Positions 10,390 through 23,115 of a stretch of DNA of 64,000 bases are shown here, piece by piece; the first letter of the stretch is position 1; each line of letters opens with the position of its first letter. The stretch lies in NCBI GenBank assembly GCA_963733635.1, contig CAVTEH010000005.1, positions 81,488 to 145,487 of the forward strand, read 5' to 3'. This DNA comes from an uncultured Actinomycetota bacterium. GTDB lineage: Bacteria; Actinomycetota; UBA4738; HRBIN12. Under the pieces are notes generated by a model. It did not search any database. It was not told where the DNA came from and worked only from the letters and a program-made list of their open reading frames with translations. The position numbers and the translations under genes were made by a program.

Positions 10390-11039
10390 TCCCCGGTCCG
10401 GGAACCCGCCGGCGAGCTCGCGCCGTCGCAGCGAGCATGCGATCACGCCGATCGGTGACCGTGTCCGCGGCGCTCGTGCTCGTTGCGCGCTGGCCGCGCG
10501 GGAACGGCGTACGGATCCGATGAGCCACCGGCCGACGTCCGTCGAGACCGGCATCCGCGGCATCGTCCTGGCGGGTCCGCGAGTGCCGCGGTCGATCGTC
10601 GTCGGGTCCCCGTGTCCGGACCTCCCGTGGGATCGGGATGGTCTCGGCGTCAACCCGCGGACGGGATGAGGTCGCCGACGGTCGCAGACCGATCGCGACG
10701 GGGCCAGTTCACGCTGGACGGTGGAGCCGGGCACCTACCGCTCACGGCCCTGGCGACCGCTCCCGGTCGCGGCCTCCCGGACCGTGGAAGTCGGCCAACG
10801 CACCGAGTGCGATGACCGTCACGGTGGACACCGGCATCGGTGCGCGGACCGCTCGCGCTCGGCGTCGACACCGGTATCCGCTGACCTGGCCGACCGGGCT
10901 CGCGATCTCGTGCGTCCGAGGCCCGGTGCTACCATCGCGGCACGGGCCTCCTCGCCGTCGCGGAGCGAGCCTCGACGGTTCCCGAACATCTTCCCGCCAG
11001 CCAGGAGCGCGTCCTGAGTCAGCAGCACCCGAGACCCCG

Positions 11040-12986
<1,947 letters not shown>

Positions 12987-12997
12987 AGACTCCCGAA

Positions 12998-13664
12998 ATG
13001 AGCGATCGCTGGGCGACCTTCGACTGCTACGGCACCCTCGTCGACTGGCTGGGCGGCGTCCGCGCGACCACTCGCGCGGCTGTGGCCCGAGCCGAGGACG
13101 CGGACGCTCCTCGCACGTCTACATGCGGATCGAGCCCGCGGTGCAGGAGGGCCGGGGCATCGCTTACCGCCAGGTGATGGCCGAGACGCTTGCCGGATGT
13201 CGCCGAGGCCGAGGCCTGTCGGTCCCAGCGGGCGAAGCCGATGCCTCGCCGAACTCGCTGCCGACCTGGCACGTGTTCCCCGAGGTACCGGCTGCGCTGA
13301 CCGAGCTGCGCGACTCGCGGCTGGAGGCTGGCGATCCTGTCCAACACCGACCCCGATCTGCTGGAGGCGTCGGTCGACCGCGATCGGGTGTCCAGTCGAC
13401 GAGCGCATCGTCGCGTCCGAAATCGGTTCGTACAAGCCCGCGTTCGGTCACTGGGAGGCGTTCTTCCGGCGCACCGGCGCCGATCGCACCCGGCACGTGC
13501 ACGTCGCCGCGTCGTTGTTCCACGACATCGAGCCGTGCGCCGCGCTGGGGCTGCCCGCGGTGTGGATCAACCGGCTGGGCGAGACCAGCATGGTGCCTCG
13601 GTCGGCCGAGCTCACTGATCTCACCGAGCTGCCGGTCACACTCGAACGACTGGTTCCGGCCTAG
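12998..13664 (+). CDS. HAD-superfamily hydrolase (haloacid dehalogenase-like), frame broken about 3 times
   Basis: MSDRWATFDCYGTLVDW carries the DxDxT-type motif. The tail reads VASEIGSYKPAFGHWEAFFRRTGADRTRHVHVAASLFHDIEPCAALGLPAVWINR. Confidence 0.7.
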
Positions 13665-13673
13665 ACTCCGCTC

Positions 13674-14257
13674 ATGGACGGCCCCGTGCGTCCCTTGGCA
13701 GTGGGCGAAGATCTCTACGCAGTGCTCGGCGTCGCGGGCGACGCATCAGCCGAAGCCATCCGCCAGGCGTATCGGCGCAAGGCCAGGTCGTGCCACCCCG
13801 ACGTCACCAGGAGCGCGGCCGCAGCGGCACGGTTCCGCCGGCTCGCCGCCGCCTACGAGGTCTTGGGCCACGAGGCCGAGCGCCACGCCTACGATCGTCA
13901 GCGAGCGTCGGCGTCCCGGATCGCCGCCCGCGGCCAGGGTCCCTCGGCCACGCCCGTGCGCCCGGCCCGAGCTGGAACCCCGCCGTCCGTGGTCCCGCGG
14001 CCCAGACGATCCGCGAACGCCCGGCCGACCGCAACGCGACCCCGCGTCGGCCCGAGCGCACCTCGACCGACGAATGGCGCCTGGCTACGACCCTGGGCAA
14101 GGTGTTCGCCGCGATCGCGGTAGTCCTGCTCATCGCGTTCGGCACGATGATCGCCGTCACGCTGAGCAGCGAACGGGCTCCGGCCCCGGTGCCCACGATC
14201 TACTGCAAGACGCCGGACGGCTGGCTCGACTGCCGCCAAGCACTCGACCCAAGTTGA
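13674..14257 (+). CDS. J-domain (DnaJ-like) protein with a C-terminal TM segment, one frame break
   Basis: EDLYAVLGVAGDASAEAIRQAYRRKARSCHPDV carries the HPD motif. After a Pro/Arg-rich linker comes TTLGKVFAAIAVVLLIAFGTMIAV, in frame 13790-14257. Confidence 0.7.
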
Positions 14258-14317
14258 GAGCGGACTCCGCGCTGAGCGCGCTGCCCGCCGCCGCCGTGCC
14301 GCTAGGATGCCCGTGCA

Positions 14318-14896
14318 GTGAGCGAGGCACGGTTCGACCACGACAAGATCGAACAGGGCGTACGCCTGATCCTGGAAGGCGTCGGCGAAGACGTCGAGCG
14401 CGGTGGCTTGAAGGGCACACCTTCGCGCGTGGCCCGCATGTACGACGAGATCTTGGCGGGCATCGGCACGGATGCCACGCAGATCGTCACGGTGGTCGAT
14501 GGCGCCGACTTCGACGAGATGATCATGGTGCGGGACATCCCGCTCACCTCCTTGTGCGAGCACCACATGATTCCGTTCAACGGGCGTGCGCACGTGGCCT
14601 ACGTGCCCAACAAGAGCGGGCAGATCACCGGACTGTCGAAGATCGCGCGCGTGGTCGACGTGCTGGCCAAGCGGCTGCAGGTGCAGGAACGCCTCACCAC
14701 CCAGATCGCCGAGACGATCGAGCAGGCGCTGAATCCGCGCGGCGTGTTCGTCGTGATCGAGGCCGAGCACCTGTGCATGACGATGCGCGGTATCAAGAAG
14801 CCGGGCGCGGTGACGGTGACGTCGGCGGTCCGAGGGTTGTTCCGCACCGACGCACGGACCCGTCAGGAGGCCATGAACCACATCGGCATGCGCTAG
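14318..14896 (+). CDS. folE: GTP cyclohydrolase I
   Basis: This is an intact 192-aa ORF with [27 protein letters not shown] and [24 protein letters not shown] -10-like box lies at 14303-14308. Confidence 0.95.
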   Translation: MSEARFDHDKIEQGVRLILEGVGEDVERGGLKGTPSRVARMYDEILAGIGTDATQIVTVVDGADFDEMIMVRDIPLTSLCEHHMIPFNGRAHVAYVPNKSGQITGLSKIARVVDVLAKRLQVQERLTTQIAETIEQALNPRGVFVVIEAEHLCMTMRGIKKPGAVTVTSAVRGLFRTDARTRQEAMNHIGMR

Positions 14897-14943
14897 CGGG
14901 TCCCTCGTTCGTCCTCGTCGGCTCGTCGTGGGCCGGCGCCATG

Positions 14944-15580
14944 TCATCCGACTGTCGACGTGGGACGAGCGATCCACGATGATCGCGAGCGGGATCGACA
15001 ACAGCCAGCTCAGCAGGGCCACGGTCGGGTTCCAGAAGGCGATCGGGATCGGGAGCACGAACAGCACGACCGGAGTCGTCGATTGGAGCATGCCGACCCC
15101 GGTATTCCTTCGGATCGAGCTTCTCCCGGAGCAGGTCATGGTGGTAAGCGACCCGGATCAAGACAGATTCCATGCCGCTGATCGCCGCGAGGCATGTCGC
15201 GAACATCACCACGCTGACCGGGTTCGCTCGTACCTGCCCACCAGCTCGGTGGGGAACGGCAGGAAGGCCACGAACGCCAGGTACACGAGGTTGGCTGCGA
15301 TCAGCGATCGGTCGACGCGGTCCAACGATGAGAAGAACTCATGATGTGCCATCCAGTACCGGGCCAGCAGCAGGAACGCCAGGAAGAAGCTGAAGAACTC
15401 CGGCGCCATCTCGCAGGGCGCCCCCCAGAGCTCGTTCGGCTCGCTGATGTCGCCCTGGAGGGCGGGAGCTCCGATCGAGACGATCAACAGGGTCATCGCG
15501 ATCGCGAACACCGCGTCGGTGAAGAACGCCACCCGCTCGAACTCCAGGCCACGAGCACGCTCGTATCGCCACCGAGCACG
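14944..15580 (-). CDS. TMEM175/DUF1211-family putative potassium channel, frame broken about 2 times, both ends uncertain
   Basis: LEFERVAFFTDAVFAIAMTLLIVSI is the signature first helix. It is followed by FFSFFLAFLLLARYWMAHHEFF, LVYLAFVAFLPFPTE and VLFVLPIPIAFWNPTVALLSWLLSIPLAIIV, in pieces 15206-15685, 14793-15212 and 13898-15139. Confidence 0.65.
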
Positions 15581-15642
15581 TCGCGAGGAACGTCCCGAGG
15601 GCTCGGGTGGGGTCCTCGCCCGATTCTGGCACGATTGACCCC

Positions 15643-16499
15643 ATGGGCGACAACGTCTGGCGCTGCCGTGAGCTCGTGTTTCCATTGGGGGAACGGACGC
15701 TCGTGATGGGCATCGTCAACGTCACGCCCGACTCGTTCAGCGACGGTGGCATGTTCGACGGTCCCGACGACGCCGTGAAGCACGGCCTCTCCCTGGTGTC
15801 CGACGGCGCGGACATCCTGGACGTGGGTGGAGAGTCCACCCGGCCTGGTGCCGAGCCCGGTCGACCCCGATGACGAGATCGCCCGGGTCGTGCCGGTGAT
15901 CGAAGGACTGGCTGCCGAGATCGCCCGACACGGCGATCAGCATCGATACCCGTCGAGCCGAGGTGGCGCGCGCCGCGATCGAAGCCGGGGCCGCCATCGT
16001 CAACGACGTGAGCGCGGCTGCCGACCCGGGCACGCTTCCGTTGGTCCGCGACAGCGGCGTTGGGCTGGTGCTGATGCACATGCAGGGTGGCCCGCGCACG
16101 ATGCAGCGGGACCCCCGCTACGAGGACGTGGTCGCCGAGGTGCGCGACGCGCTGGCAGGGCGGATCGGGGCGGCGGTGGCCGCGGGCGTGACCCGTGAGC
16201 ACCTCTGCGTCGACCCCGGCATCGGCTTCGGCAAGGATCTGGGTCACAACCTGGCTTTGCTGCACGATATCGCCACGTTCCGGCAGCTCCGGGTTTCGCT
16301 CATGGTGGGCGCCTCACGCAAGCGGTTCATCGGCCAGCTCACCGGCGTGGACGACCCAGCCGAGCGCCTCGAGGGGACGGCGGGCGCGGTGGCGTGGTGC
16401 GCCGCACAAGGCGTGGATGTCGTCCGTGTCCACGACGTGCGCGAGATGGCCCGCGTTGTGGCCGTGGTGGACGCCATCGCAGGTGGTGAGCGACGCTGA
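15643..16499 (+). CDS. folP: dihydropteroate synthase, two +1 frame breaks
   Basis: Motifs are VMGIVNVTPDSFSDGG, ILDVGGESTRPGAEP / VDPDDEIARVVPVI (extra G at 15859-15860), ISIDT, IVNDVS and VDPGIGFGK. The frames step 1 to 2 to 0. Confidence 0.9.
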
Positions 16500-17430
16500 T
16501 CGATACGAGGCACCGGTTCACCAACGAGGCAGGGCGGCTCGCCTACCTGGACGCAGGTGAGGGTCCTGTGGTCGTGCTGTTGCACGGGTTCCCGATGACC
16601 TCGTTCCTTTGGCGTGAGTTCGTGCCACTGCTTGCGGGGCGGTTCCGCGTCATCGTCCCCGACCTGCTGGGCTCTGGAGACTCGAAGCCGGACGACGACG
16701 CGAGGCTGGACCTGCGCGCGCAGACGGATATCGTCACGGCGCTGCTCGCGGACCTCGGTGTCGATCGATTCGCGGTCGTGGGGCACGGTGTGGGCGGGGG
16801 CATCGCGCAGATGCTGGCGCTCGACGGCTTCCGGTGTGGACGCGATGGTGCTCCTGGATGCGGTGGCGTTCGACGTGTGGCCGTGGGCGGAGATCGCCAA
16901 GGCGACCCGGGATCCGGTGACGGCGTCTAGCTCCGTTGAGTCGACGATCCGGTCGACGATCGAGGCCGGTCTGCCGCAGGGCTCACGCCTTCCCGATGCG
17001 TGTGCTCGAGGAGTACCTGCGCCCGTGGCGTACCGACGACGGTGCCGCAAGGTTCGCCCGGGTGGTGGCGGGCATCGACGGTCGTGGTCTCGCCGAACGC
17101 GACGATGAGCTCGGAGCCATCGCGTTCCCGGTACTGATCCTGTGGGGGGAGGACGACCCGTTCCTCCCGCCCGCCGTGGCCGAGCGTCTCAACGATGCGA
17201 TGCCCTCTTCCACCCTGGGTCTGTTGCCCGGCTGCGGCCACTTCCTGCCGGAGGAAGCTCCTGAGACGATCGGGCCGATGATCGCGGAGTACCTGCGCGC
17301 CCGCTTCCTCATGGAACCGCACGGACACGACCACAAGGAGGGCGTCGTCATGCTGCAGCTCGAGCGGCGACCGCCGTGGGTGGACCTCGCCGACGATGAG
17401 GCAGACGATTGGTTCGACGGGGACGACTGA
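16496..17430 (+). CDS. alpha/beta-fold hydrolase inserted between folP and folB, frame broken about 2 times
   Basis: Motifs are GRLAYLDAGEGPVVVLLHGFPMTSFLWREF, the nucleophile elbow VVGHGVGGGIA, and ILWGEDDPFLPP...GCGHFLPEEAPE. No canonical start is in frame (CTG 16496 is the first option). Confidence 0.7.
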
Positions 17431-17455
17431 AGACGAGGTGGAGGACTGAACCGAC

Positions 17456-17808
17456 GTGCCTATGGCCAAGCTGTTCCTGTCGGGCATCCGGGCCGAGGGC
17501 CGTCACGGCGCGCGCCCCGGGGAGAAGGACGAACCCCAGCCGTTCGTCGTGGATCTCGACATCGACGTCGACGTGGAAGTCGACCGGATCGACTGCGACC
17601 GCGGACTACCGTGGCATCAGCGACGCCGTCCGCGCGGTGATCGAGGAGGGTTCCTTCGATCTGATCGAGGTCATGGCGCGACGACGTCGCATCGGCGGTC
17701 CTGTCGATCGACCACGTCACGCGGGTGACAGCGGTGGTGCACAAGCCCCAGGCCGCCGTCCGGCTCGACATCGATGGCGTCGCCGCTGCGGTCACCGTGG
17801 AGACCTGA
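17456..17808 (+). CDS. folB: dihydroneopterin aldolase, frame broken about 2 times
   Basis: KLFLSGIRAEGRHGARPGEKDEPQPFVVDLDIDV, then ADYRGISDAVRAVIEEGSFDLIEV and VTAVVHKPQAAV. The stop TGA is at 17806-17808. Confidence 0.75.
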
Positions 17809-17812
17809 CCCC

Positions 17813-18317
17813 GTGTCCGAGACGGCGTACCTGGGTCTCGGCTCCAACCTCGGGGAACGCCTCGAAACCCTGCAACAAGCCGTGGACCTGCTTGCCGCCG
17901 AACCAGGTGTCAGGCCGACGGCCAGCTCTCGGGTCTGGGAAACCGACCCCGTCGGCGGCCCCCCCCAGCCCGACTACCTCAACGCCGTGCTCCGCGTCGT
18001 GACTGACCTCACCCCCTTCGCGTTGCTGGACCTGTCGCAACACGTCGAACGCGACGCTCGGCCGGGAGCGCGAAGTGCGCTGGGGTCCGCGCACCGTAGA
18101 CATCGATCTGCTGCTGTTCGGCGACCAGCAGCTGGACGTGCCGCTGTTGACTCTGCCGCACCCTCGGATGACCACGAGGGCGTTCGTGCTGCTGCCGCTG
18201 TTGGAGCTCGACCGCGAGGCTCGGCTGCCGGACGGGACCCGCTTGGTGGACATCCGGTTGGGGCCTAACGCGGCGTCCGGGGTCCGGGTGTTCGCGCCTC
18301 CGCTGGCGATCCCATGA
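17813..18317 (+). CDS. folK: 2-amino-4-hydroxy-6-hydroxymethyldihydropteridine pyrophosphokinase, one frame break
   Basis: Motifs are AYLGLGSNLGERLETLQQAV, ASSRVWETDPVGGPPQPDYLNAV, WGPRTVDIDLLLFG and LPHPRMTTRAFVLLPL. Confidence 0.85.
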
Positions 18318-19646
18318 CGTCCAAGCGGGACGGGCACCAGGTGGTCTGTCTCCGATGCGATTGGTCCGGGGCCTCGACCGCGACTGCCTGCCCCGCATGC
18401 GGTGCCGGTCTCTATCGGGTCCCGCATCGTCCGGAGGCGAGCCGCGCCGATCCCTCGAGGCGAGCCGCGCCGACGACCACGCTGCTCGACGACGACGCGA
18501 CCGGCAGCGATGGGGGGCGCACGGCCGATGACCGATTCCGACGACTCGTTGGCGCCTTCGTCGCGGTCAGCTTGGCGGTCGGTGGTCTGTGGTTCCTTGC
18601 CGGCCGCGATGCCCACGGCGCCCTCCGCCACCGCTGATGCGTTGCTCGGCGGCGGCACGCTGCTGTACGCAGTCGACGAAGGTGCGGGCTGGTCGCGGCT
18701 CTGGCGCTGGGATCTTGCGGATGGATACGTTCGCGAAGGACCCCGGGTGCGCCGGCCGATCGAACTGATCCACGCCGACGGTGCCGAACCGGGCATCGTG
18801 GGGGTGACCTCGCGGACGCCAGGCGGCGATGAGGCCGCTTCGCTGCTGAGGTTCCTCTCACCGTCTGATGTACCCATGCCGCTGGTTCGAGGTGACCTGG
18901 TCACGTGGGGATCACGGGGAGCGAGCGTGGTGGTGGTGAAGCGGGGTCCGTTGCTCGGCCCGTGCCGCCGGCACCTGGCGATCGTGATCAAGACGATCCT
19001 GCCGGGAACGGTCGATCGAGAGTTCGATCGCACGATGTGCGGCGACATCCTGTCGGTGGGCAGGGATTCCAACGCCACGTACTTCACCTGGCGCCGGAGC
19101 GACCGGATCGACCTGGTATCGGCCGGGTTCGGCACGACCCACCACGTGCTGTCCGAGGTCGCGTTGCTGTCGGTCTCGCCCGCCGGCGACATGGTGGTCG
19201 TGCCCGCCGACGGGTTGCCGATGACGTCCATGTCGCTGGCGACGTTGCGCGATCGTGGCGATGTGCCGCCACCGGCGGTGTTCGGGATCTCGTCCTTCTT
19301 CCGCGGTCTTCGGGGAGCGCCGCGTCCGTACGGGTCCGGCGATGAAGGGCTCTGGATCGACCGTCTGCTGTCGTGGTCGCCCGATTCGACGGTGGCTCTG
19401 GTCACGGGTCGGCTCGGCGACCGTGTCGGGCTCTACGAGATCGCTGCGGAGCCCGGGCCGCGGACCCAACCGCCTCGCTGGGTCGGTCCCATCCAGGGAG
19501 AGACCTGGGCGACCTTCGCCGAGGAGGGTCTGGCGTTCGTGTGGACGGACGATCGGCTGTTCGCGACGAAGGACGGTGGGCTCGAACCGGTCTCGATCCC
19601 TCACGGCGCGCCCCGGCCCGACGGCCCCGTGGTCTGGCTGGGCTGA
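18314..19646 (+). CDS. hypothetical zinc-ribbon / single-TM / large extracytoplasmic-domain protein, one frame break near 18600
   Basis: The N-terminus is VVCLRCDWSG...ACPACGAGLY (CxxC...CxxC). The TM is LVGAFVAVSLAVGGLWFLA. About 330 aa of beta-rich sequence follow (frame 18402-19646). No family recognised. Confidence 0.55.
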
Positions 19647-19691
19647 GCCTGCGGGCGGAGTTGCCATACTCGCGTCCATGAGGCCTGACGC

Positions 19692-20555
19692 ATGAAGGTC
19701 GGCGTGGTCGGTGCTGGCCGCGCCGGCACGGCGGTTGCGGTGCTCCTTCAGCGTGCCGGCCACACGATCGTGGCCGTGTCGGGCCGTGGGCCGACACGGG
19801 ACCGTGTGGCCAGCTACCTGCCGGGTGTCGCGGTGCTCGACCCAACTGAGGTCTCGCGACGTTCCGAGCTCGTCATGATCGCGCTGCCCGACGATCTGAT
19901 CGAGACGTTCGTGGCCGACATGGCCGGTGACGACGCCTTCGCCCCCGGTCAGTGGGTAGCCCACCTGTCGGGGGCCACACCCTTGGATGTCCTGGAACGG
20001 GTGCGCTCGGCCGGCGCCGGACCTCTGGGCATCCATCCGTTCCAGACGTTCCCGGATCCCGCCGCCGGCATCGCCCGTATCCCCGGTTCGCTGATCGCGC
20101 TGGCGGCCGATGACGACGAGGGGTTCTTCGTGGCTGAGCGACTGGCGGACGACCTCATGGGCGTTCCCTTCCGCCTGGCCGATGAGCACCGAGCTCTCTA
20201 TCACGCCGCGGCCGTGTTCGCGTCCAACTACGTCGTGACGGCCGCGGCCACGGCCGAACAGCTCCTGGCAGCGGCGGGAGTGCCGGACCCCGTCGCTGCC
20301 ATGGGACCGCTGCAGCGGGCGACCGTGGAGAACGTGGCGTCGCTGGGTCCCGCCGCGGCGCTGACGGGTCCCGTGGTGCGCGGCGACGTGGGCACGGTCG
20401 AACGCAACCTGGAAGCGGTCGCCCGCACGTTCCCATGGGCCGTCGCTTCCTACGTCGAGATGGCGCGGGTGACGCTCGACGTGGCCCAACGCGGCGGACG
20501 CCTCGATCCGGATCAGCGAAGCCTGATCGAGGAGGTGCTGGTCCGCTGGAGCTGA
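19692..20555 (+). CDS. Rossmann-fold DUF2520-type oxidoreductase-like protein (conserved upstream partner of panC)
   Basis: This is an intact 287-aa ORF with MKVGVVGAGRAGTAVAVLL. Its position relative to panC is as in other actinobacteria. Confidence 0.7.
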   Translation: MKVGVVGAGRAGTAVAVLLQRAGHTIVAVSGRGPTRDRVASYLPGVAVLDPTEVSRRSELVMIALPDDLIETFVADMAGDDAFAPGQWVAHLSGATPLDVLERVRSAGAGPLGIHPFQTFPDPAAGIARIPGSLIALAADDDEGFFVAERLADDLMGVPFRLADEHRALYHAAAVFASNYVVTAAATAEQLLAAAGVPDPVAAMGPLQRATVENVASLGPAAALTGPVVRGDVGTVERNLEAVARTFPWAVASYVEMARVTLDVAQRGGRLDPDQRSLIEEVLVRWS

Positions 20556-21397
20556 TCGGCTCGCCGACCGACCTCCGCACGCTCACTGATTCGTGGCGTG
20601 AGGACCGTGCCACGGTGGGGCTGGTCCCCACCATGGGTGGGCTGCACGAAGGTCACGATTCGTTGATCCAGCGGGCTCGAGCTGAGTGCGACTACGTCGT
20701 GGTGTCGATCTTCGTGAACCCGTTGCAGTTCGACGATCCGGACGACCTGTCGAACTACCCGGTCGACCGCGATCGCGACGTGGCGCGGTGCCGACAGCTG
20801 GGGGTCGACACCCTGTGGGCGCCGTCGGCCGAGCAGATGTACCCGCCCGATTGGCAACTGGCCTCGCCGCAGCCCGGGCCGGTGGGCGAGCTGTTCGAAG
20901 GCGCCTCCCGCCCGGGCCATTTCCTCGGCGTGCTCACCGCGGTGCACCGGCTCTTCGATGTGACGGGACCGTGCGCCTCCATGTTCGGACGCAAGGATGC
21001 GCAACAGGTGTTCCTTGTTCGGCGCATGGTGGCCAGCGAGCATCTTCCCGTGGAGGTCATCGACTGCCCAACGGTGCGGGAACCCGACGGGCTCGCTCGG
21101 TCCTCACGCAACGTGCTGCTCGGCCCCGAAGAACGAGATCTGGCCGGCTGCCTGTTCCTCGGGCTGTCGGAGGCAGCGGCGCTGGCGCGTGCGGGGGAGC
21201 GAGATGCTCACGCGTTGGTCGCCGTGATCGCCCGCGAGGTCGGAGCGACCCCGCTGGCCCGCCTCGACTACGCAGCGGTCGTCGATGACGCAACGTTCCT
21301 GCCGATCGACGTGATCGATGAGGGCGTGCGAGCCCGAGCGCTCGTGGCGGCTCGTTTCCCCAGCGCCCGTCTCATCGACAACCTGGTGATGCCGTGA
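20546..21397 (+). CDS. panC: pantoate--beta-alanine ligase
   Basis: Motifs are VGLVPTMGGLHEGHDSLI (HxGH), VVSIFVNPLQF, GASRPGHFLGVLTAV and MFGRKDAQQ. No ATG or GTG is in frame near the 5' end, so the start is uncertain. Confidence 0.85.
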   Translation: MELIGSPTDLRTLTDSWREDRATVGLVPTMGGLHEGHDSLIQRARAECDYVVVSIFVNPLQFDDPDDLSNYPVDRDRDVARCRQLGVDTLWAPSAEQMYPPDWQLASPQPGPVGELFEGASRPGHFLGVLTAVHRLFDVTGPCASMFGRKDAQQVFLVRRMVASEHLPVEVIDCPTVREPDGLARSSRNVLLGPEERDLAGCLFLGLSEAAALARAGERDAHALVAVIAREVGATPLARLDYAAVVDDATFLPIDVIDEGVRARALVAARFPSARLIDNLVMP

Positions 21398-21482
21398 TGC
21401 AGGCGGGGCCGGTTGCCACACGCGACCCCGGTGGGCGACGATGACTCGACACTGAGCGATCATCCCGAAGGAGACCGCCACC

Positions 21483-22307
21483 GTGCTGCTGGCCGCCGAC
21501 ATCGGCAACACCGAGATCGTGTTGGGGATCTTCCGAGGCCCCGATCTTGAGCACACCTGGCGGCTATCGACCCAGCCCGAGCGGACGCCCGACGAGCTGG
21601 TCTTGGCGCTCTCCGGATTCCTTGCGTTGCGAGGCATCGCTTTCGAGACCGAGGTGACGGGGCTGGTGGTGGCGAGCGTCGTGCCCGACGTCACCGCTGC
21701 GGTACGGGACATGGCAGCCGGCATGTTCGCGTTCGCGCCGGTGATCGTGGGGCCCGGCGTCAAGACTGGCGTCCCGGTCCTCACGGACAACCCGCGAGAG
21801 GTCGGTGCCGATCGCGTCGTGAACGCGCTCGCCGCCTTCACTCGCTTCGGTGGCCCCGCCGTCGTGGTGGACTTCGGCACGGCGACCAACTTCGACGTCG
21901 TGAGCGCGAAGGGGGAGTTCATCGGTGGGGTGATCGCCCCGGGCATGCAGGCGAGCGCGGCGAGCTTGTTCTCACGAACGGCGCGCCTGACCCGGGTGGA
22001 GTTCGTGACGCCGCCTCACGTCGTCGGCACCAACACCGTGGAAGCCGTGCAGTCGGGCTTGATCTTCGGCACGGCCGGCGAGGTGGATGCGATCGTGTCG
22101 CGGATCCTGCTGGAGCTGCCGGGCGCCGCGACCATCGCGACCGGTGGGCTGGCGCCGGTCGTGCTCCCGCATTGCACCACGATCCAGCACCACGAACCCT
22201 GGCTGACGCTGGAGGGGCTCCGGCTGGTGTTCGACAAGAACGCCGCCGGCGACGAGGCGGGCTATGCTTCGCCTCGCACCGAACACGGAGGCGACGCGCA
22301 TGGCTGA
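21483..22307 (+). CDS. coaX: type III pantothenate kinase
   Basis: This is an intact ORF with MLLAADIGNTEIVLGIF, VVVDFGTATNFDVV and ATGGLAP. Confidence 0.9.
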   Translation: MLLAADIGNTEIVLGIFRGPDLEHTWRLSTQPERTPDELVLALSGFLALRGIAFETEVTGLVVASVVPDVTAAVRDMAAGMFAFAPVIVGPGVKTGVPVLTDNPREVGADRVVNALAAFTRFGGPAVVVDFGTATNFDVVSAKGEFIGGVIAPGMQASAASLFSRTARLTRVEFVTPPHVVGTNTVEAVQSGLIFGTAGEVDAIVSRILLELPGAATIATGGLAPVVLPHCTTIQHHEPWLTLEGLRLVFDKNAAGDEAGYASPRTEHGGDAHG

Positions 22308-22710
22308 TGACACGATGGAAGCGCTCCGGGCCGTTCCGCTCTTCTCGAACATGACGGACAAGGAGCTGCAGCGCGTCGAGGCGATCTCCAAGCAGGTGCA
22401 GCACCCCGAAGGCAAAGTGGTCCTCGAGGAGGATCGGTCGGGCGTGGGCTTCCACCTGATCCTGCAGGGAACCGCTGAGGCGTCGACGAGCGGCACCGTC
22501 GTGAGCTCGTTGTCGACCGGGGACTACTTCGGCGAGATCTCGCTGCTGGACGGTAAGCCGCGATCGGCAAGCGTGACCGCCACGAGCGACCTCACGACCC
22601 TCGCCATCCCCACGTGGAACTTCAACCGGCTGCTGGATGAGCATCCCGAGATGATGCGCGCGTTGCTGATCGCGCTGTGCGCCAGACTCAGGAACCTGCG
22701 CGACCGCTGA
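22300..22710 (+). CDS. stand-alone cyclic-nucleotide-binding domain protein
   Basis: GGAGG lies 9 nt before ATG 22300. Motifs are LRAVPLFSNMTDKELQRV and GDYFGEISLLDGKPRSASVTA (cNMP phosphate-binding cassette). No DNA-binding domain follows. Confidence 0.8.
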   Translation: MADDTMEALRAVPLFSNMTDKELQRVEAISKQVQHPEGKVVLEEDRSGVGFHLILQGTAEASTSGTVVSSLSTGDYFGEISLLDGKPRSASVTATSDLTTLAIPTWNFNRLLDEHPEMMRALLIALCARLRNLRDR

Positions 22711-22716
22711 GCTCGC

Positions 22717-23115
22717 TTATAGCACGGTGTCGGTGGCGCCGGGCCGCTGGTCACCCGTCGCTCGCTGGAGGGTGACGACCAGCTCCTGGAGCCCCGTCCC
22801 CTTCGCCAGGAATCCCACCGCGCCGGCTTCTCGCGCCTCTTGCTCCACGCCATCGTCCGCGTGTGCGGTCAAGATAACGACCGGCAGGTCCGGCCGCGTC
22901 TCGTGGATCTTCTTCATGGCGTCGATGCCGGACAGGTCGGGCATGGACAGATCCATGAGCACGACGTCGGGACGCAACTGCTCCGCTCCGTCGCACGCCG
23001 CGACCCCGCCACCGGCCTCACCGGCGACCTCGATGTCCGCCACCATGCGCAACGCCGACGTCAACGCTTTGCGGAAAGCCGGATGGTCGTCGACCACGAG
23101 GACTCGCAAGCTCAT
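22717..23115 (-). CDS. receiver-only (CheY-like) response regulator
   Basis: MSLRVLVVDDHPAFRKAL...DVVLMDLSMPDLSGID...PVVILTAH...GFLAKG. No output domain is present. The start is 23115 or 23127. Confidence 0.8.
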   Translation of the reverse strand: MSLRVLVVDDHPAFRKALTSALRMVADIEVAGEAGGGVAACDGAEQLRPDVVLMDLSMPDLSGIDAMKKIHETRPDLPVVILTAHADDGVEQEAREAGAVGFLAKGTGLQELVVTLQRATGDQRPGATDTVL

